Shown here in pieces: positions 62,516 through 64,000 of a stretch of DNA of 64,000 bases. The first letter of the stretch is position 1. The number at the start of each line of letters is the position of its first letter. The position numbers were made by a program, and so were the translations under genes. The DNA is taken from sequence record SRR31156797_4827; one strand, 5' to 3'. The notes below the pieces were generated by a model. It was not told the DNA's origin. It did not search any database and saw only the letters and a program-made list of their open reading frames with translations.

Positions 62516-63475
62516 TTAGTCCAATTTGCTCTGGATATCTTCGATCATTTTGGTATAGGCGATAGGACCGTTGTAGAGCCAGCTTGATTCAGGACCGAAT
62601 TCCCATAAATGATTGTTTTTGACTGCATCAAGATTTTGCCAGACTTGTTCGCTGAAAAAATCAGCGCCTTTATCACTATTCACTAAAATCAAGTAATCGG
62701 CATCCAATTCTGCCAATTTTTCCAGAGAAACGGCAGACCAGTCAGCAGTGGCACTTTCACTGATTTCTGAAACAAGCGAGGGAACTTCAAAACCGAGTTC
62801 GTGATACAGCAGTTGACCACTTGATTTTGTTTCTGAAACCATGAAGACAGAATTATTGACCACCCATAAAACAGCAATTGACTTGCCTTGGATTTGATCA
62901 GCGTACGTTTCCTTGGTAGTAGCGACTAAGTCATCATAATCAGCTTCTACTTGGGCAGCTTCCTCTTCTTTGTGTAAGACCTTTGCGATATCTGTCAGAC
63001 GTTCACGCCAGGTTACTTCCTCGCCATTTGTGACCACATAGGTCGGCGCGATCTTACTGTACTGATCATATTTGTCGCCTTCCACCATGGAATTGCTATC
63101 CATCAGCAGCAGGTCTGGCTCAAAGCTCAAGACATCTTCATAGGGCAGATCATAGTTGATTCTTGGCACATCTGCTAGTTTGTCTTGCAAGTATGCTTGA
63201 TCACTGTCATTGCCGACTGTCCATTGAGCAACCGGGGTTACCCCTAAAGCGACCAAATAATCTTCCAAGTAACTACCGATCACCCGTTGTGGGTTTTCGG
63301 GAACAGTGACTTCATTTCCCATCGCATCGGTAAAGGTTGTTGCTATTTCTGAAGAAGTAGTGGCTGATCCACTGCTATCCGTTGAGTCATTATTCGTACC
63401 GCAAGCACCCAGTAGAGTAAGGGAGCAGGCTGCTAGCAGGGTAAGCCAAGTACTTCTTTTTGACCATTGTTTCAT
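62516..63475 (-). CDS. Iron-siderophore ABC substrate-binding lipoprotein (FeuA/FhuD-like)
   Basis: Lipobox LGAC; VPENPQRVI, ALGVTPV, SKIAPTY, WQNLDAVKNN; Fur boxes upstream. Confidence 0.9.
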   Translation of the reverse strand: MKQWSKRSTWLTLLAACSLTLLGACGTNNDSTDSSGSATTSSEIATTFTDAMGNEVTVPENPQRVIGSYLEDYLVALGVTPVAQWTVGNDSDQAYLQDKLADVPRINYDLPYEDVLSFEPDLLLMDSNSMVEGDKYDQYSKIAPTYVVTNGEEVTWRERLTDIAKVLHKEEEAAQVEADYDDLVATTKETYADQIQGKSIAVLWVVNNSVFMVSETKSSGQLLYHELGFEVPSLVSEISESATADWSAVSLEKLAELDADYLILVNSDKGADFFSEQVWQNLDAVKNNHLWEFGPESSWLYNGPIAYTKMIEDIQSKLD

Positions 63476-63522
63476 AGAAAAACTTCCTCCTTTGTTAAAA
63501 GATGAGCACTTATCATTTTAAT

Positions 63523-63655
63523 TGAGAATAATTCTCATTTGCTGATTGCTATTATTACGGAGAAACGCTGATTTGTCAATCTTATTTTTTTATTTCCTTT
63601 TTTTAGAACTATTGACGAATAGTAGGATTACATTCATAATTGATAAGCATTATCA
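63523..63655. promoter_or_regulatory. Fur boxes in the divergent promoter region
   Basis: TGAGAATAATTCTCA (63523-63537) and TGATAAGCATTATCA (63641-63655) fit the 7-1-7 TGATAATnATTATCA. The second abuts TTGACG-17-CATAAT. Confidence 0.85.
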
Positions 63656-63677
63656 ATCAATTATTTTGGGGACGAAT

Positions 63678-64000
63678 ATGGCGAAATTACGAACAGTTGA
63701 CTTGAGTGTCGGCTATCAAAAACAAAAAATTGTGCAAAATCTAACAATTGAGATTCCAGAAGGGAAAATCATCGGCTTGATTGGTCCGAACGGCAGTGGA
63801 AAATCGACATTTTTAAAGGCACTCGCCCGAATTTTACAGCCTTTGTCTGGTGAGGTCCTATTAGATACACAAAACCTCCAGAACATCAAAACCAAAGAAG
63901 TGGCTAAAAAGATTGCGCTGCTTTCACAAGTTAGCGACTCATCGATTGGCTTGACGATTCGCGAAATTGTTTCTTACGGTCGTTTTCCCTATCAAAAAGG
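63678..64000 (+). CDS. Iron-siderophore ABC ATP-binding protein (FhuC-like), truncated by the window end
   Basis: Translated by hand: MAKLRTVDLSVGY...GPNGSGKSTFLK...KEVAKKIALLSQ...VSYGRFPYQ. Confidence 0.9.
   Translation, partial: MAKLRTVDLSVGYQKQKIVQNLTIEIPEGKIIGLIGPNGSGKSTFLKALARILQPLSGEVLLDTQNLQNIKTKEVAKKIALLSQVSDSSIGLTIREIVSYGRFPYQK

Overview
Chromosomal window of an Enterococcus, most likely the E. casseliflavus/gallinarum group (inferred from the MvaE/MvaS sequences, a stand-alone second EF-Tu and an ilv operon). Gene content is mostly core or metabolic: GH42 beta-galactosidase, orphan arcA, V-type Na+-ATPase operon (ntpFIKECGABD), TrpXYZ-like amino-acid ABC importer, mvaS/mvaE, tufB, dnaG-rpoD, mapZ, azlCD, cvfB-fur-xerD-scpAB-rluB, FMN riboswitch-ribU, fer/ypbB-recQ-LysM-cmk-rpsA-der-hup, ilvDBHC-ilvA, an aroB-like/TPR/ReoY operon, cca, a LexA-boxed Y-family polymerase, fosX, rpmG and Fur-boxed siderophore ABC genes. 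I saw no prophage, IS, rRNA, tRNA or CRISPR array. The most interesting signals are non-coding and absent from the ORF track. (1) A Phe/Tyr-rich leader peptide (MLKTTVSPQLNIFYFSYFR) with a seven-segment alternative-hairpin attenuator lies upstream of the ABC importer. (2) A Leu/Val/Ile-rich leader peptide attenuator with the same logic lies upstream of ilvD. (3) A CtsR-type heptad repeat sits between the -35 and -10 of the tufB promoter, suggesting a stress-induced EF-Tu paralogue. All family assignments come from recognising motifs by eye; no database search was run.
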